From IMG/VR virus record IMGVR_UViG_3300042006_000024: DNA of 64,000 bases. One strand, 5' to 3'. The position numbers and the translations under genes are program-made. Source of the stretch: a virus. Taxonomy: Duplodnaviria > Heunggongvirae > Uroviricota > Caudoviricetes. The notes under the pieces are model-generated. The model did no database searches and had not been told where the DNA came from. It was given only the letters and a program-made list of their open reading frames with translations. Positions 1-8,894 of this stretch are shown piece by piece (the stretch's first letter is position 1; each line of letters begins with the position of its first letter).

Positions 1-528
1 CATACGGTATGAGTGGATGCAATGCTTGAACATGTCGACTTCACTTAGGTTCTTCAGCAGTTCCCATTCAAGAGCCAACTTTGTGTGTTTGCGATAACGA
101 CTCTCGGTGCGCAGCTTCAACAGGGCAGCAAACGCGATCATCCGCATCTTTGGCGAGAGATAGTGCATGTTCAGTCCAATGACAATCTCCATCCCGTCTT
201 TCGCTTTGTACGAGCTTATAGGGAACATCATTGGGTAACGGTCCCAGATAGGCAGAGTCGCCTTGTGCTTGGCATCGTATTCAAAGAAGTACATACGACC
301 AGGTGTCAGCTTCTTAGCCCACAAACTGCGATCTCGAAACATCGCGCCTGTACCGAGCTTGTTGTAAGACTTACCAACATAGTTACGGAACCAGTCAAGC
401 GATGCGGCGATGTTGCGCTTCATTGAATTCGGGTTATTACGGTAAAACGCTTTCTCAAGGTTTTTTAGGATCTCAAGGTCCGTGCCTGTCGAGTTCTTGA
501 CTGGTTCGTCTTTTGGTTGCGCGGCCAT
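1..528 (-). CDS. hypothetical late protein, partial (3' end lies beyond the left window edge)
   Basis: Open minus-strand frame from the ATG at 526-528 runs to position 1 with no stop (MAAQPKDEPVKNSTG...). Absent from the ORF track because it is truncated. An exact TATAAATA sits upstream on the same strand. Confidence 0.5.
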   Translation of the reverse strand, partial: MAAQPKDEPVKNSTGTDLEILKNLEKAFYRNNPNSMKRNIAASLDWFRNYVGKSYNKLGTGAMFRDRSLWAKKLTPGRMYFFEYDAKHKATLPIWDRYPMMFPISSYKAKDGMEIVIGLNMHYLSPKMRMIAFAALLKLRTESRYRKHTKLALEWELLKNLSEVDMFKHCIHSYRM

Positions 529-573
529 AAATTATGGAGTCCTAGCTAAATAACAGATGTGTATATTCTCTAG

Positions 574-581
574 TATTTATA
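574..581 (-). promoter_or_regulatory. T4-type late promoter TATAAATA (minus strand)
   Basis: Plus-strand tatttata is an exact TATAAATA on the minus strand, about 45 nt upstream of the ATG at 528. Confidence 0.45.
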
Positions 582-596
582 GGACAAAACCACGTT

Positions 597-1565
597 ATGG
601 CTTCTTTCAAAGAACATACAGCGAACATCTTGCAAAATGGCCTGGCGCGTACTAACCGATTCCAGGTACTCATTCCTACACCTATGATGCGCAATGATGC
701 TATTGGTGATGAATCGAGTGATGAGTTCGTAGGGCCTAAACCACCTGTCTCCAAACTCAAAGCGTTGTTTGGTGAAGCAGTCAAAGTGATTCGTATCTTC
801 ACTGGTGGTGGTTCTGCTGAATACACCCGTGGTCTTGATTTGATGTGTTCACAGACTGAACTTCCTGGCAAGACGATCAACACGTCCGAGACCAAGTATA
901 ACGGTGACGTACACAAGATTGGTCAGTCATTGATGTACGGCAACCAGCAGTTCACCTTTCATGTGTCACAGGACATGTATGAAAAGACCATCATCGATCA
1001 GTGGATGAATATGGTCGTTGATCCTGAAACGCATGAAGTTAGTTATCTGACCGACTATGCGGTAACGATCAACGTGTTCCAGCTTGATCAGAACGACAAG
1101 ATTGTCCATGCAATCGCGCTGATTGACGCATTCCCAGTCATGATGAACCCACTGACATTGTCGAACAGTGAGCATAACAACGTGCACGAATTGATGGTTC
1201 AGTTTGCCTATCGTCGTTGGATTAACCTTGATCTCTCAGCAGACCCTGAGAACAGCATGGACAGTCTACTTGATACACCACTAGGTCCGTACCTTGCGCC
1301 GATCTTGTCGAACCCTGTGGTACAGCGTGGTCTTGAATATGTGAAGAATACAACCGGCCTCGATCTGCAAGGCGAAGCATTGAACATATATAAGCAGGTA
1401 GACGACATCGTCAAAAATACAACTGGTGAATCGATTAACAAATCTGTTGGTCTGATGAACTCAATCAAAGCCTCACTTGATGTCAACGATAAAATCACCC
1501 AAGCCGATGCAGGCAAGTTGTTTGATTTCGTTGAAGGTGCAGTGCAGAAATTTAAACCAAACTAG
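597..1565 (+). CDS. hypothetical protein (322 aa)
   Basis: Long ORF with an ATG start. Wins over the antisense ORFs it overlaps by length and gene packing. Confidence 0.6.
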   Translation: MASFKEHTANILQNGLARTNRFQVLIPTPMMRNDAIGDESSDEFVGPKPPVSKLKALFGEAVKVIRIFTGGGSAEYTRGLDLMCSQTELPGKTINTSETKYNGDVHKIGQSLMYGNQQFTFHVSQDMYEKTIIDQWMNMVVDPETHEVSYLTDYAVTINVFQLDQNDKIVHAIALIDAFPVMMNPLTLSNSEHNNVHELMVQFAYRRWINLDLSADPENSMDSLLDTPLGPYLAPILSNPVVQRGLEYVKNTTGLDLQGEALNIYKQVDDIVKNTTGESINKSVGLMNSIKASLDVNDKITQADAGKLFDFVEGAVQKFKPN

Positions 1566-1578
1566 GTGAAGACACACT

Positions 1579-2292
1579 ATGGCACTTCCTAAGATCCAAC
1601 ACACGCTGTACTCTCACACTTTGGTAGGCTTGGGTAAGCAAATCAAGTTTCGCCCATTCACTAACCAAGAGCAAAAGACCTTGCTGTTGGCTAAAGACGC
1701 CAAGGGTACCGCTGATGAGAAAGAGGCAGTGGTCAATGCTATTGAGCAGATTGTAGGTAACTGCACCCTGGGTAAGATTGATGGTTCGTCTCTGTCGACA
1801 TTCGACATTGAAGACTTGTTCCTGCGCATTCGTGCCAAGTCTGTGGGTGAAGTGATCAACGTTCAATACCGCTATGACTTCCGTGATGCTGAAGACCGTC
1901 CACAAAGTCGATTCATCAAGGCTGCGATTAACGTTGACGACATCAAAGTTAAGGTCGATCCTGAGCATACCAAAGTCATTATGGTCAGCGACAAGATCGG
2001 TATGACCATGCGTTACCCGACCTTCAAGATGCTCAAAGACATCGCCAGCGAAGATGACTTGCCACTTGAATGCATCGACACCATTTTCGATGAAAGTGAA
2101 ATTCATGACCGTAACTCGGTCACGCGTGAAGAGCTTGTAGCGTTCTATGACGACATCGATACCGCAGGTCTGCTGAAGATCAAAAAGTTCTTTGACACAA
2201 TGCCTTCTCTCCAACACACCATCGAACTTGATGTCGGTGACGGTAAGACAGAAACCGTGACATTCAAAGGGCTCAACGATTTTTTTATCTAA
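1579..2292 (+). CDS. hypothetical protein (237 aa)
   Basis: ORF starts 14 nt after the upstream stop, same strand. Confidence 0.6.
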   Translation: MALPKIQHTLYSHTLVGLGKQIKFRPFTNQEQKTLLLAKDAKGTADEKEAVVNAIEQIVGNCTLGKIDGSSLSTFDIEDLFLRIRAKSVGEVINVQYRYDFRDAEDRPQSRFIKAAINVDDIKVKVDPEHTKVIMVSDKIGMTMRYPTFKMLKDIASEDDLPLECIDTIFDESEIHDRNSVTREELVAFYDDIDTAGLLKIKKFFDTMPSLQHTIELDVGDGKTETVTFKGLNDFFI

Positions 2293-2294
2293 CG

Positions 2295-2474
2295 ATGACG
2301 CATGAAAGTTTGGAGTCGTATTACACAAATAACTTTCATGTACTATTCCATCGAGATATTGGTTTCGAAAACCACTTCAGGTTGTCCGATCTCGACGGGA
2401 TGTTACCTTGGGAACGCGAGATTTACATGATGCTCATGAATCAAAAAATGGAACAGTACAAAAACGCCAAATAA
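2295..2474 (+). CDS. small hypothetical ORF (59 aa)
   Basis: ATG 3 nt after the upstream stop. Falls below the ORF-track size cutoff. Weak. Confidence 0.2.
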   Translation: MTHESLESYYTNNFHVLFHRDIGFENHFRLSDLDGMLPWEREIYMMLMNQKMEQYKNAK

Positions 2475-2534
2475 CCCGTCGTCCGTAGGTCTAGTAAATA
2501 GTTCTATACACGCCATAAACAGGAACCGTTTATC

Positions 2535-4484
2535 ATGTCGTTTAAAGATATTCTACTAGACCTGCGCTCGATGCGGCGCAGTAACGCACTACGCAATGAA
2601 ACTGATCCTACCAAAGTGGCAAACATCCTTGAGGATCTCATCAAGGAGTCCATTCACCTGCAACATGGTGGTGACAAAGGTTTTCAACGCAAGTCAATGG
2701 CCGAACTGAAACAGATTCGTCGTGACCTTGTGGCCGGGCAAATCAACGCAGGTGACAAGACGGGTAAAATGACCGTCGTTTACAGCAGCGTGATTGATGC
2801 CCTGAGCAAAGCCGAGCAAGAAGGCTCTAAAGGGATGCAGGTCTATGAGAAGACCGCTGAGTCCCTACGTAAGTCGATCCCATCGTCGGACACCCTGATC
2901 TCTGCCCTGATGACTGCGAACCCTCTGATGGGCTATGGCGTCAAGATGGTTCGGGATATGTCGCGCTCATCTGCTGAAGCAAGTCGGCGCGCAAAGCTTG
3001 AGGCCGCTAAGAAGATTGCATTGCTTCGCGATCAAAAAGCGTTCTTGGATGAACAGTTCAAAGCTGCTGAACAGGCTGAGCAACTGGCTGAAGAGACTGC
3101 TAAGTCAACCGAAGACGGTCAGAAGAAAAAGGACAAAGCTGACAAGAAACGCAAAGGTAGTAACCAGTACACCATTCAAAGAGAAATTCTTGAAAGTATC
3201 GACCGTGAAATTAAGATGCTGGTTGATATCTGGAGCGATGAACCTGTCAGTCGCATTGAAGAGGCTATCAAAGAACTTTCAATGCAACAGTCTGAGGAAG
3301 CCGAGAAAACCCGTATTGCCAACGAGGAAGCTGCTGAGAAGTCGCGCCGTGATGGTAAACTGGATAACATGGGTGACACTGATACCACGACCGCACCTAC
3401 ACCGATTCCCGATCAGCTCGACACACACGGCGTGCGTGATCCTGAGCATACAAATGGTGGTGGGTTGCTGTCGTCGATCATGGGTAGTATCGGTAAGATG
3501 TTCCTTACTGGTATAGGTGGTCTATTCGCCGCAGGTGGCTTACTTGCTGCTGGTGGTATTCTGGCCACGATGTTGAAACCGATTAAAGGTATCATCAAGT
3601 TCTTTACAAGTATTGGTACAGTCGCACTCAAGCTTGCAGGAAAACTTGCGTTGCCTGTTACTGTGATCATGGCGATCTATGACTTCTTTGATGCATTCTT
3701 TAATGCAAGTGAGTACTTAGGTAAAGCAGACAGCCAGATCAGTATGGGCGAACGCATCTCGCTTGGTATTGCCAATGTCATTGCATCGATTGTAGGAATC
3801 TTCGATGACGTCCTTGAACTGTTTGGTGTCGATCTGATTAACACAGAAGGGCTGACCAAGAAGATACATGAGTTCTTCATGGGCTTCCCTGATATGGTCA
3901 TGAAGATGATCAACGATGCCACAACCTATGTGACTGACATGTATGGTGAAGTTGTTGCATCACTGAAAAGTCAAGTCGAAGATGTTAAATCTGGGCTTGT
4001 TGATGCGTACACTGGAGTGGTCGATAAGATCATGGGTATTTTCGATTCAATCACATCGACCTTTAAAACGGTCATTGAAACAATTGAAAAGAAATTCTCT
4101 GAATGGAAGCAGACGATCAGCAACATTCCAGGTATTGGTCCGTTGTTCTCATCTGATCCGACTGAGCCACTGAAACTTGATCCAGCCGCGATTGATCAGG
4201 CAAGTCAAGATCTCAAAGACATGACTAGCTCAACAAACCTGCTTCGAGTGAATGAGGGTGTTGCTACGATGGTACCGCTGAGTCCACAAGAGCAGCCTAC
4301 AGGGTCGCAAGCTGCATCAGCGAACGTTCAGCGCGCAGAGCGTCAAACCCAAGCGCAAGCAGCATCACCAGTAATGGTTAATGCGCCACAAACAACTGTG
4401 AACAACATTAACCAAGGTGGTGGCCAGAAGTCAACTAACACGTCTAATCAGAACCACAAGTTCCGAAGAATGGCGGACAGGTAA
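2535..4484 (+). CDS. large Lys/Glu-rich coiled-coil protein with central transmembrane block (possible tape-measure or injected protein)
   Basis: 649 aa. Long charged helical stretches, a glycine-rich hydrophobic core (GGLFAAGGLLAAGGILATML) and a Q/N-rich tail. Confidence 0.55.
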   Translation: MSFKDILLDLRSMRRSNALRNETDPTKVANILEDLIKESIHLQHGGDKGFQRKSMAELKQIRRDLVAGQINAGDKTGKMTVVYSSVIDALSKAEQEGSKGMQVYEKTAESLRKSIPSSDTLISALMTANPLMGYGVKMVRDMSRSSAEASRRAKLEAAKKIALLRDQKAFLDEQFKAAEQAEQLAEETAKSTEDGQKKKDKADKKRKGSNQYTIQREILESIDREIKMLVDIWSDEPVSRIEEAIKELSMQQSEEAEKTRIANEEAAEKSRRDGKLDNMGDTDTTTAPTPIPDQLDTHGVRDPEHTNGGGLLSSIMGSIGKMFLTGIGGLFAAGGLLAAGGILATMLKPIKGIIKFFTSIGTVALKLAGKLALPVTVIMAIYDFFDAFFNASEYLGKADSQISMGERISLGIANVIASIVGIFDDVLELFGVDLINTEGLTKKIHEFFMGFPDMVMKMINDATTYVTDMYGEVVASLKSQVEDVKSGLVDAYTGVVDKIMGIFDSITSTFKTVIETIEKKFSEWKQTISNIPGIGPLFSSDPTEPLKLDPAAIDQASQDLKDMTSSTNLLRVNEGVATMVPLSPQEQPTGSQAASANVQRAERQTQAQAASPVMVNAPQTTVNNINQGGGQKSTNTSNQNHKFRRMADR

Positions 4485-4490
4485 GTAAAC

Positions 4491-4518
4491 AAAGCGCGGC
4501 TTAGGTCGCGCTTTTTAT
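4491..4518. terminator. bidirectional intrinsic terminator between convergent genes
   Basis: agcgcg-gcttaggt-cgcgct hairpin followed by TTTTATT. Confidence 0.55.
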
Positions 4519-5100
4519 TGCGTTGTCTTTCAGGAACTGCATGAAGATGTCTTCATGCACATCATAACCAAACAAGTTGATCTGTTTACGTTTAGGTCTG
4601 AAGTTCGACACAACGGTCTTGACTTCGACATCAAAGATGATTTCATCGACGCTACTGAACTTATCATCAAACGCGTTTTGAGTTTGGATGGAATAGATAA
4701 CACCATCAGTGTCACCGATGAGTCCATACAAAGGGCCGTTGAAGGTGTGAATGATTGAACCTAGATTTCGATCACTGAAGCCAAGGTTGACCAAGTGCTG
4801 AAACGCTTGTCGGATGACGTCTTTGTCATTACCAGTTTTGATCTTCAATGCTTTGAACTTGCCGAGACCCAGGAACTTGGCGATGTCCATTTGAAGGCCT
4901 TTAGGCTTTTCCTTAGTATGGACCAGGCTGCCATTTTGACTAAGGTAAATGTAGTGCCGGTCATTTATAGCATGACTGTACACGCCATAACCATCAACAA
5001 TCGTGTGACCTTCTGCGCGCAGTTTCGCACGCACTCGACTCCAGATCTCTGAGCCGTGAGCTTGCATGTCTTTAGTTGTGAAGTAGTCGTTTGTACGCAT
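4501..5100 (-). CDS. hypothetical protein (199 aa)
   Basis: ORF. Its start abuts the stop of the next gene. Confidence 0.55.
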   Translation of the reverse strand: MRTNDYFTTKDMQAHGSEIWSRVRAKLRAEGHTIVDGYGVYSHAINDRHYIYLSQNGSLVHTKEKPKGLQMDIAKFLGLGKFKALKIKTGNDKDVIRQAFQHLVNLGFSDRNLGSIIHTFNGPLYGLIGDTDGVIYSIQTQNAFDDKFSSVDEIIFDVEVKTVVSNFRPKRKQINLFGYDVHEDIFMQFLKDNAIKSAT

Positions 5101-5669
5101 TATGCAACCTTCAAGTCAAGTAGGAAATCACTAAGTTCGAAAAGATCAAACGTTGTGTTGATGTTGAAGCAGCGAACGTTATGTTCTTTGGCGATTCTCC
5201 ATGCAGTGGCGGTACCACCTTCAGGAACGCCTTTACGATCAACCGGCGCCCAGCATATAAGGAACTTCGATGGGTCGTCAAGTGAATGACCAAGCACCTG
5301 AAACACATTACGTGTGTGTAGGGTTCTAGCACCTTTCGAACATGCATTCCAATCGGGGTGCACACTCTTAGCGATCTGAACCGCCTTTTCCCAAATCACC
5401 GCAGGGACTTGTTCAGGGACTGTATAATTCAAACCCTTCTTTCGACCTTCAAAGCCATCCCACGGCAGGTAGATGTCGTAGAACTGTTTCGGACTACGGA
5501 TCAGATATTGCTTTGCACCGTCCTCAAACGCTGTGTCAGCCCCTTCAGCGCCACCCGAACGCAGTGTGTAGTGCGCGTGTGCGAGACGACTGCCAAGGGC
5601 TTTGAGGACTTCACATTGGGTCTTTGGCGTCCCGCGTGAGCCAACGCCTGTGTAGTAGAGGTGTTTCAT
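5100..5669 (-). CDS. DprA/Smf-like (SLOG) Rossmann-fold protein
   Basis: Motif GVGSRGTPKTQ...LRSGGAEGADTAFEDGA matches the DprA pattern G(S/T)R..P......SG.A.G.D.A..GA. Confidence 0.4.
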   Translation of the reverse strand: MKHLYYTGVGSRGTPKTQCEVLKALGSRLAHAHYTLRSGGAEGADTAFEDGAKQYLIRSPKQFYDIYLPWDGFEGRKKGLNYTVPEQVPAVIWEKAVQIAKSVHPDWNACSKGARTLHTRNVFQVLGHSLDDPSKFLICWAPVDRKGVPEGGTATAWRIAKEHNVRCFNINTTFDLFELSDFLLDLKVA

Positions 5670-5674
5670 AATGA

Positions 5675-6133
5675 TTACCGAGTCCTTGGTAGTGAGCTAA
5701 CGTCGATTTTGAAACCTTCGAGTTCGATGCTCTTGACCAGAGTCTGCATCTCAACCTTGAGGCTTTCTTGCAGTTCGCGGATCTCGATAATGCGATCACG
5801 CCATTCGCGCAGGTCACCTTTAGGCTTGATCATAGCTTCATCGAACATGTCACGGGTGATGATTGCAGTGTCATAGTCAATCGAGGCTTCAAGTTCAAGC
5901 GGATCAGAACTTCCAGGTTTAGACGGGTGGTAAACACCTTGACATAAAGCGTCAGCGGTCGACGAGTTCGAACCGCGACCGTAAGTCCACTGATCGGAAT
6001 CATCGTCGAACTTGGGAGTTTTGCGCCAGTAGTAAATGCCGCCGTCACCGTCTTGTGTGATAGCGACACAACCTTCGCGTGGATACTCGGTCAGGAAAGT
6101 CTGAACGAGGTTAAGCAGTTTCTTACGTGCCAT
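5675..6133 (-). CDS. hypothetical protein (152 aa)
   Basis: ORF with an RBS. Sits downstream of the terminator that closes the NAMPT operon. Confidence 0.5.
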   Translation of the reverse strand: MARKKLLNLVQTFLTEYPREGCVAITQDGDGGIYYWRKTPKFDDDSDQWTYGRGSNSSTADALCQGVYHPSKPGSSDPLELEASIDYDTAIITRDMFDEAMIKPKGDLREWRDRIIEIRELQESLKVEMQTLVKSIELEGFKIDVSSLPRTR

Positions 6134-6150
6134 GGTAATATTCCTTGAAT

Positions 6151-6180
6151 CGAAGAAAAGGGGCCTTGCGACCCCTTATT
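6151..6180 (-). terminator. intrinsic terminator after the NAMPT-like gene
   Basis: Minus-strand RNA aagggg-ucgcaagg-cccctt followed by UUUCUU. Confidence 0.55.
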
Positions 6181-6193
6181 CAGTTAGTTGATA

Positions 6194-7888
6194 TTAGTCA
6201 ATCAGGCGTTGACGAATCTCGGACAGACTTGTTTCAGATACAACACCGTTGTGGAACAGAATCTCCATCGCACCCAGGTTGTCGATATCACTCATCGGTT
6301 GTTGGTCGTACAAGACGAACTCATCACCTTCTTTCTCGACTCGCAGAAGACCTTTAGCCGACTTCTTGAGCGCGTCACCAGTCTTCGGATCTTTGAACAG
6401 CTCAATAAATTCACCGTCAATGACAGTAGCTGTGGCTTTAACAGCACTACCAAAAGTATCACGAGTTGAATAGTTGTAAGTGTAACTGCCAATGCCAAGT
6501 ACCACATTGCCACTTGCGAAGCCCTTATCCATCAGACGTTGCAGAATTTCCCACTGACGTTCCAGGGTGATGCTGTCACCGTAGATCAGACCGATGTGAG
6601 TGTCGAGTTGTTTGAAGCCTTTGTCGGAGTAAGTACCACCGAAGGTTTCCCACAGCAGTTCGATAGAACCTTTGACTTCGTGATCTGGTATAACTTCACC
6701 AACTGCTACGCGGCTTGGGTCAACACGATCAAATCGACGATACTGATCACCAATACGAACAACTTGAGCCTTACCGATAGAACTCAGCTTTGCGGTTTCG
6801 AAGTCATACGCTTTGTAGAATGCATCAACACTATCGAACTCATCAGCCAGAACATGTAAACCGCAGATGATTTCGATTGGATTGCCGCTGTCAGGGCGAA
6901 TGACCAAACGACCATCACGCGCCATAATTGCCTCTTTGACGCCCGGAGTAGGCAAGAGCTGAGTCAGCAAACCCCAGTAATCGTAGGTGTCAGCAACATA
7001 GCTGGCAAAGCCTGTAGGCACGATGCGAGTGATGTAGTCGAGCAGGAAGCGAACTTCACCGAGCAACAGGTATTGTTCATCGGTCATGCCAGGCATTTCT
7101 TCGCGCAGTGCACGAACGTGGAACAGGATGTTGCTGGAACTGATGCTGTGTTCAGTAGCAGGTACACTACCACCAATCAGTTCGTTGTCGGAATCGGCGT
7201 GGTAGTAGTCTTCCACGTAGTCGATAGCCGATACCACATCAGTGCCAGTGAACGACAGCAAGTGAGCAGCACCCGAACGCGCAGCATCTTCAGGACCCGA
7301 CATACCGCGAGAAGAGAAGTCGTGACCTTGCCACTGGATCGCTTCTTTCGGCGTACCAGTCAGTTCAGCGAAGTGTTCGAACACGCGGCGATATTCGTAG
7401 GCGATGGTCGCGTTGAGACTGGATTTCCAGTTCGAGTTCGATAGAGTCGGTTCGATGTAGTTGACCAACCAGGCGAAGTCAGGGTGAGTGTTGTTGATCA
7501 TCATTGTTGGAACTTTCATGCTGACGCGACTGCCTTCTGGCAGAGCGCGTACAAGCAGCGGCAGATAGCCCAGATCATGCAGTTGAGCGAAGCCGTCAGC
7601 AGGGATAACGCCAGGGCCCATCATGTTGTTACAACGACGTTGATAGCGCGCAACAGCTTGTTCTTTTGGTAGGTTGAAGAACTGTTCATTGAACGCTTCA
7701 ACCAGGAATTCGGACGCGAAACCTTGACCACCAAACACAACCATCTTCTTGTCGAACAGTGGGCCACCTTTGAACAGGCGGTCACTGCGAGGGGTGAAAT
7801 TTGAAGACAGGAAAGTAGTGAATATGCGCATCATTGCGCGGTGACCAAGTTTATACGCGTCGGTTGCTGACAGAGGTTGCAGTTTCAT
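6194..7888 (-). CDS. nicotinamide phosphoribosyltransferase family protein (NAMPT/NadV-like; Namat-like)
   Basis: 564 aa. N-terminal DAYKLGH motif and typical NAMPT length. Sits 50 nt downstream of the Prs-like gene with its own RBS. Confidence 0.85.
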   Translation of the reverse strand: MKLQPLSATDAYKLGHRAMMRIFTTFLSSNFTPRSDRLFKGGPLFDKKMVVFGGQGFASEFLVEAFNEQFFNLPKEQAVARYQRRCNNMMGPGVIPADGFAQLHDLGYLPLLVRALPEGSRVSMKVPTMMINNTHPDFAWLVNYIEPTLSNSNWKSSLNATIAYEYRRVFEHFAELTGTPKEAIQWQGHDFSSRGMSGPEDAARSGAAHLLSFTGTDVVSAIDYVEDYYHADSDNELIGGSVPATEHSISSSNILFHVRALREEMPGMTDEQYLLLGEVRFLLDYITRIVPTGFASYVADTYDYWGLLTQLLPTPGVKEAIMARDGRLVIRPDSGNPIEIICGLHVLADEFDSVDAFYKAYDFETAKLSSIGKAQVVRIGDQYRRFDRVDPSRVAVGEVIPDHEVKGSIELLWETFGGTYSDKGFKQLDTHIGLIYGDSITLERQWEILQRLMDKGFASGNVVLGIGSYTYNYSTRDTFGSAVKATATVIDGEFIELFKDPKTGDALKKSAKGLLRVEKEGDEFVLYDQQPMSDIDNLGAMEILFHNGVVSETSLSEIRQRLID

Positions 7889-7938
7889 TGTTTCAATTTC
7901 CTTTCATGTGAAATAATAACGAAGTTAGGAATTGCTGC

Positions 7939-8763
7939 TTACCAGGGGAAGTAAACCATGTTGGCAGGCATGTTGTTGATTGCAGCGCCTTTGAAGCTTG
8001 TCGTAGTGTACACACGATCAAATTCATTCGCAACTACATCAGCGCCTTTAGTGAACAAGCCGTGAGTTACAGCAAGTTCAACGCGATTTGCGGCAGTAGT
8101 CAGTTTGGCGAGTTCGATGAAAGTACGGCCACCGTCGCAGATGTCGTCAAGTACGAACAAGTTCAAACCAGTTACATCGGCAGACATTGTCAGGCTTGTA
8201 ATGTGACCAGTAGCCATGTCGCGTTCTTTGTTGCAGACGATAACACCTTTTGCACCGACTGCTTTGGCGAACGCTGCCGACTTCTTGTATGCACCTGCAT
8301 CAGGCGCGACGATGTGGATATTCGACCAGTTGCTGTGCACACGACGGAAGATGTCGATCTGGTCGATAACGACGATGTTTTTGATCAGTGCGGACATTAC
8401 ATCGCTGTGTGGATCAAGTACGACGACTTGTTCGAACCCCAGGTTGTTGATAAGTTCCGCCATTACCGCTGCACTGTGAGCATCACCGCGATTGCAGACA
8501 CGATCCTGGCGCGCATACGGCATGTAAGGGATGCGCGCTTTCAACTTGATGCCGACGTATTCACGACGCAACGCATCCACTGTAAACAGCAACTTCATGA
8601 TGTCGTCATTTGTTGCGAGGTACGCAATAACAGTGGCTTCGGTTACTTCAGGATGACCCCAACCAGAAGGCTTTTCACTGTTGAGGCCAATACCCACTTC
8701 ACCAGCAGGGAATTGTTTGTTCTCAATGTCGTAGGTAACATTACCGATAATATACTTGATCAC
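7939..8763 (-). CDS. ribose-phosphate pyrophosphokinase family protein (Prs-like; candidate ADPR pyrophosphokinase Adps)
   Basis: 274 aa with a GTG start. PYARQDR motif and PRPP-binding loop (LDDICDGGRT). Confidence 0.8.
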   Translation of the reverse strand: MIKYIIGNVTYDIENKQFPAGEVGIGLNSEKPSGWGHPEVTEATVIAYLATNDDIMKLLFTVDALRREYVGIKLKARIPYMPYARQDRVCNRGDAHSAAVMAELINNLGFEQVVVLDPHSDVMSALIKNIVVIDQIDIFRRVHSNWSNIHIVAPDAGAYKKSAAFAKAVGAKGVIVCNKERDMATGHITSLTMSADVTGLNLFVLDDICDGGRTFIELAKLTTAANRVELAVTHGLFTKGADVVANEFDRVYTTTSFKGAAINNMPANMVYFPW

Positions 8764-8800
8764 GGGTTCTACTTCTCAGGGTTATGTTGATAGTGCAGGA

Positions 8801-8829
8801 AGTCTACACTGCCTTAGTCTATACAGCAA
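8801..8829 (-). promoter_or_regulatory. putative sigma70 promoter for the Prs/NAMPT operon
   Basis: Minus strand reads TTGCTG, 17-nt spacer, TAGACT. The -10 is weak. Confidence 0.3.
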
Positions 8830-8852
8830 GTTCTTTTTGAGTAGACAAAGAA

Positions 8853-8880
8853 AAGCCCTCAAACAAAGAGGGCTTTTCGG
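8853..8880. terminator. intrinsic terminator (gccctc/gagggc stem with T-tracts on both strands)
   Basis: aagccctc-aaacaaag-agggcttttc. Separates the SPFH gene from the Prs operon. Confidence 0.55.
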
Positions 8881-8894
8881 GTGACGCTTAGGTG

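Noticed and set aside
85-426. 113-aa plus-strand ORF at the left edge
   Set aside because: Lies entirely antisense within the open minus-strand frame that runs from the ATG at 528 to the window edge and has a TATAAATA promoter. No RBS of its own.
6134-6193. TTGACT at 6184-6193 as the promoter for the 152-aa gene
   Set aside because: No acceptable -10 at 16-18 bp spacing. The hairpin here is better read as the terminator of the NAMPT operon.
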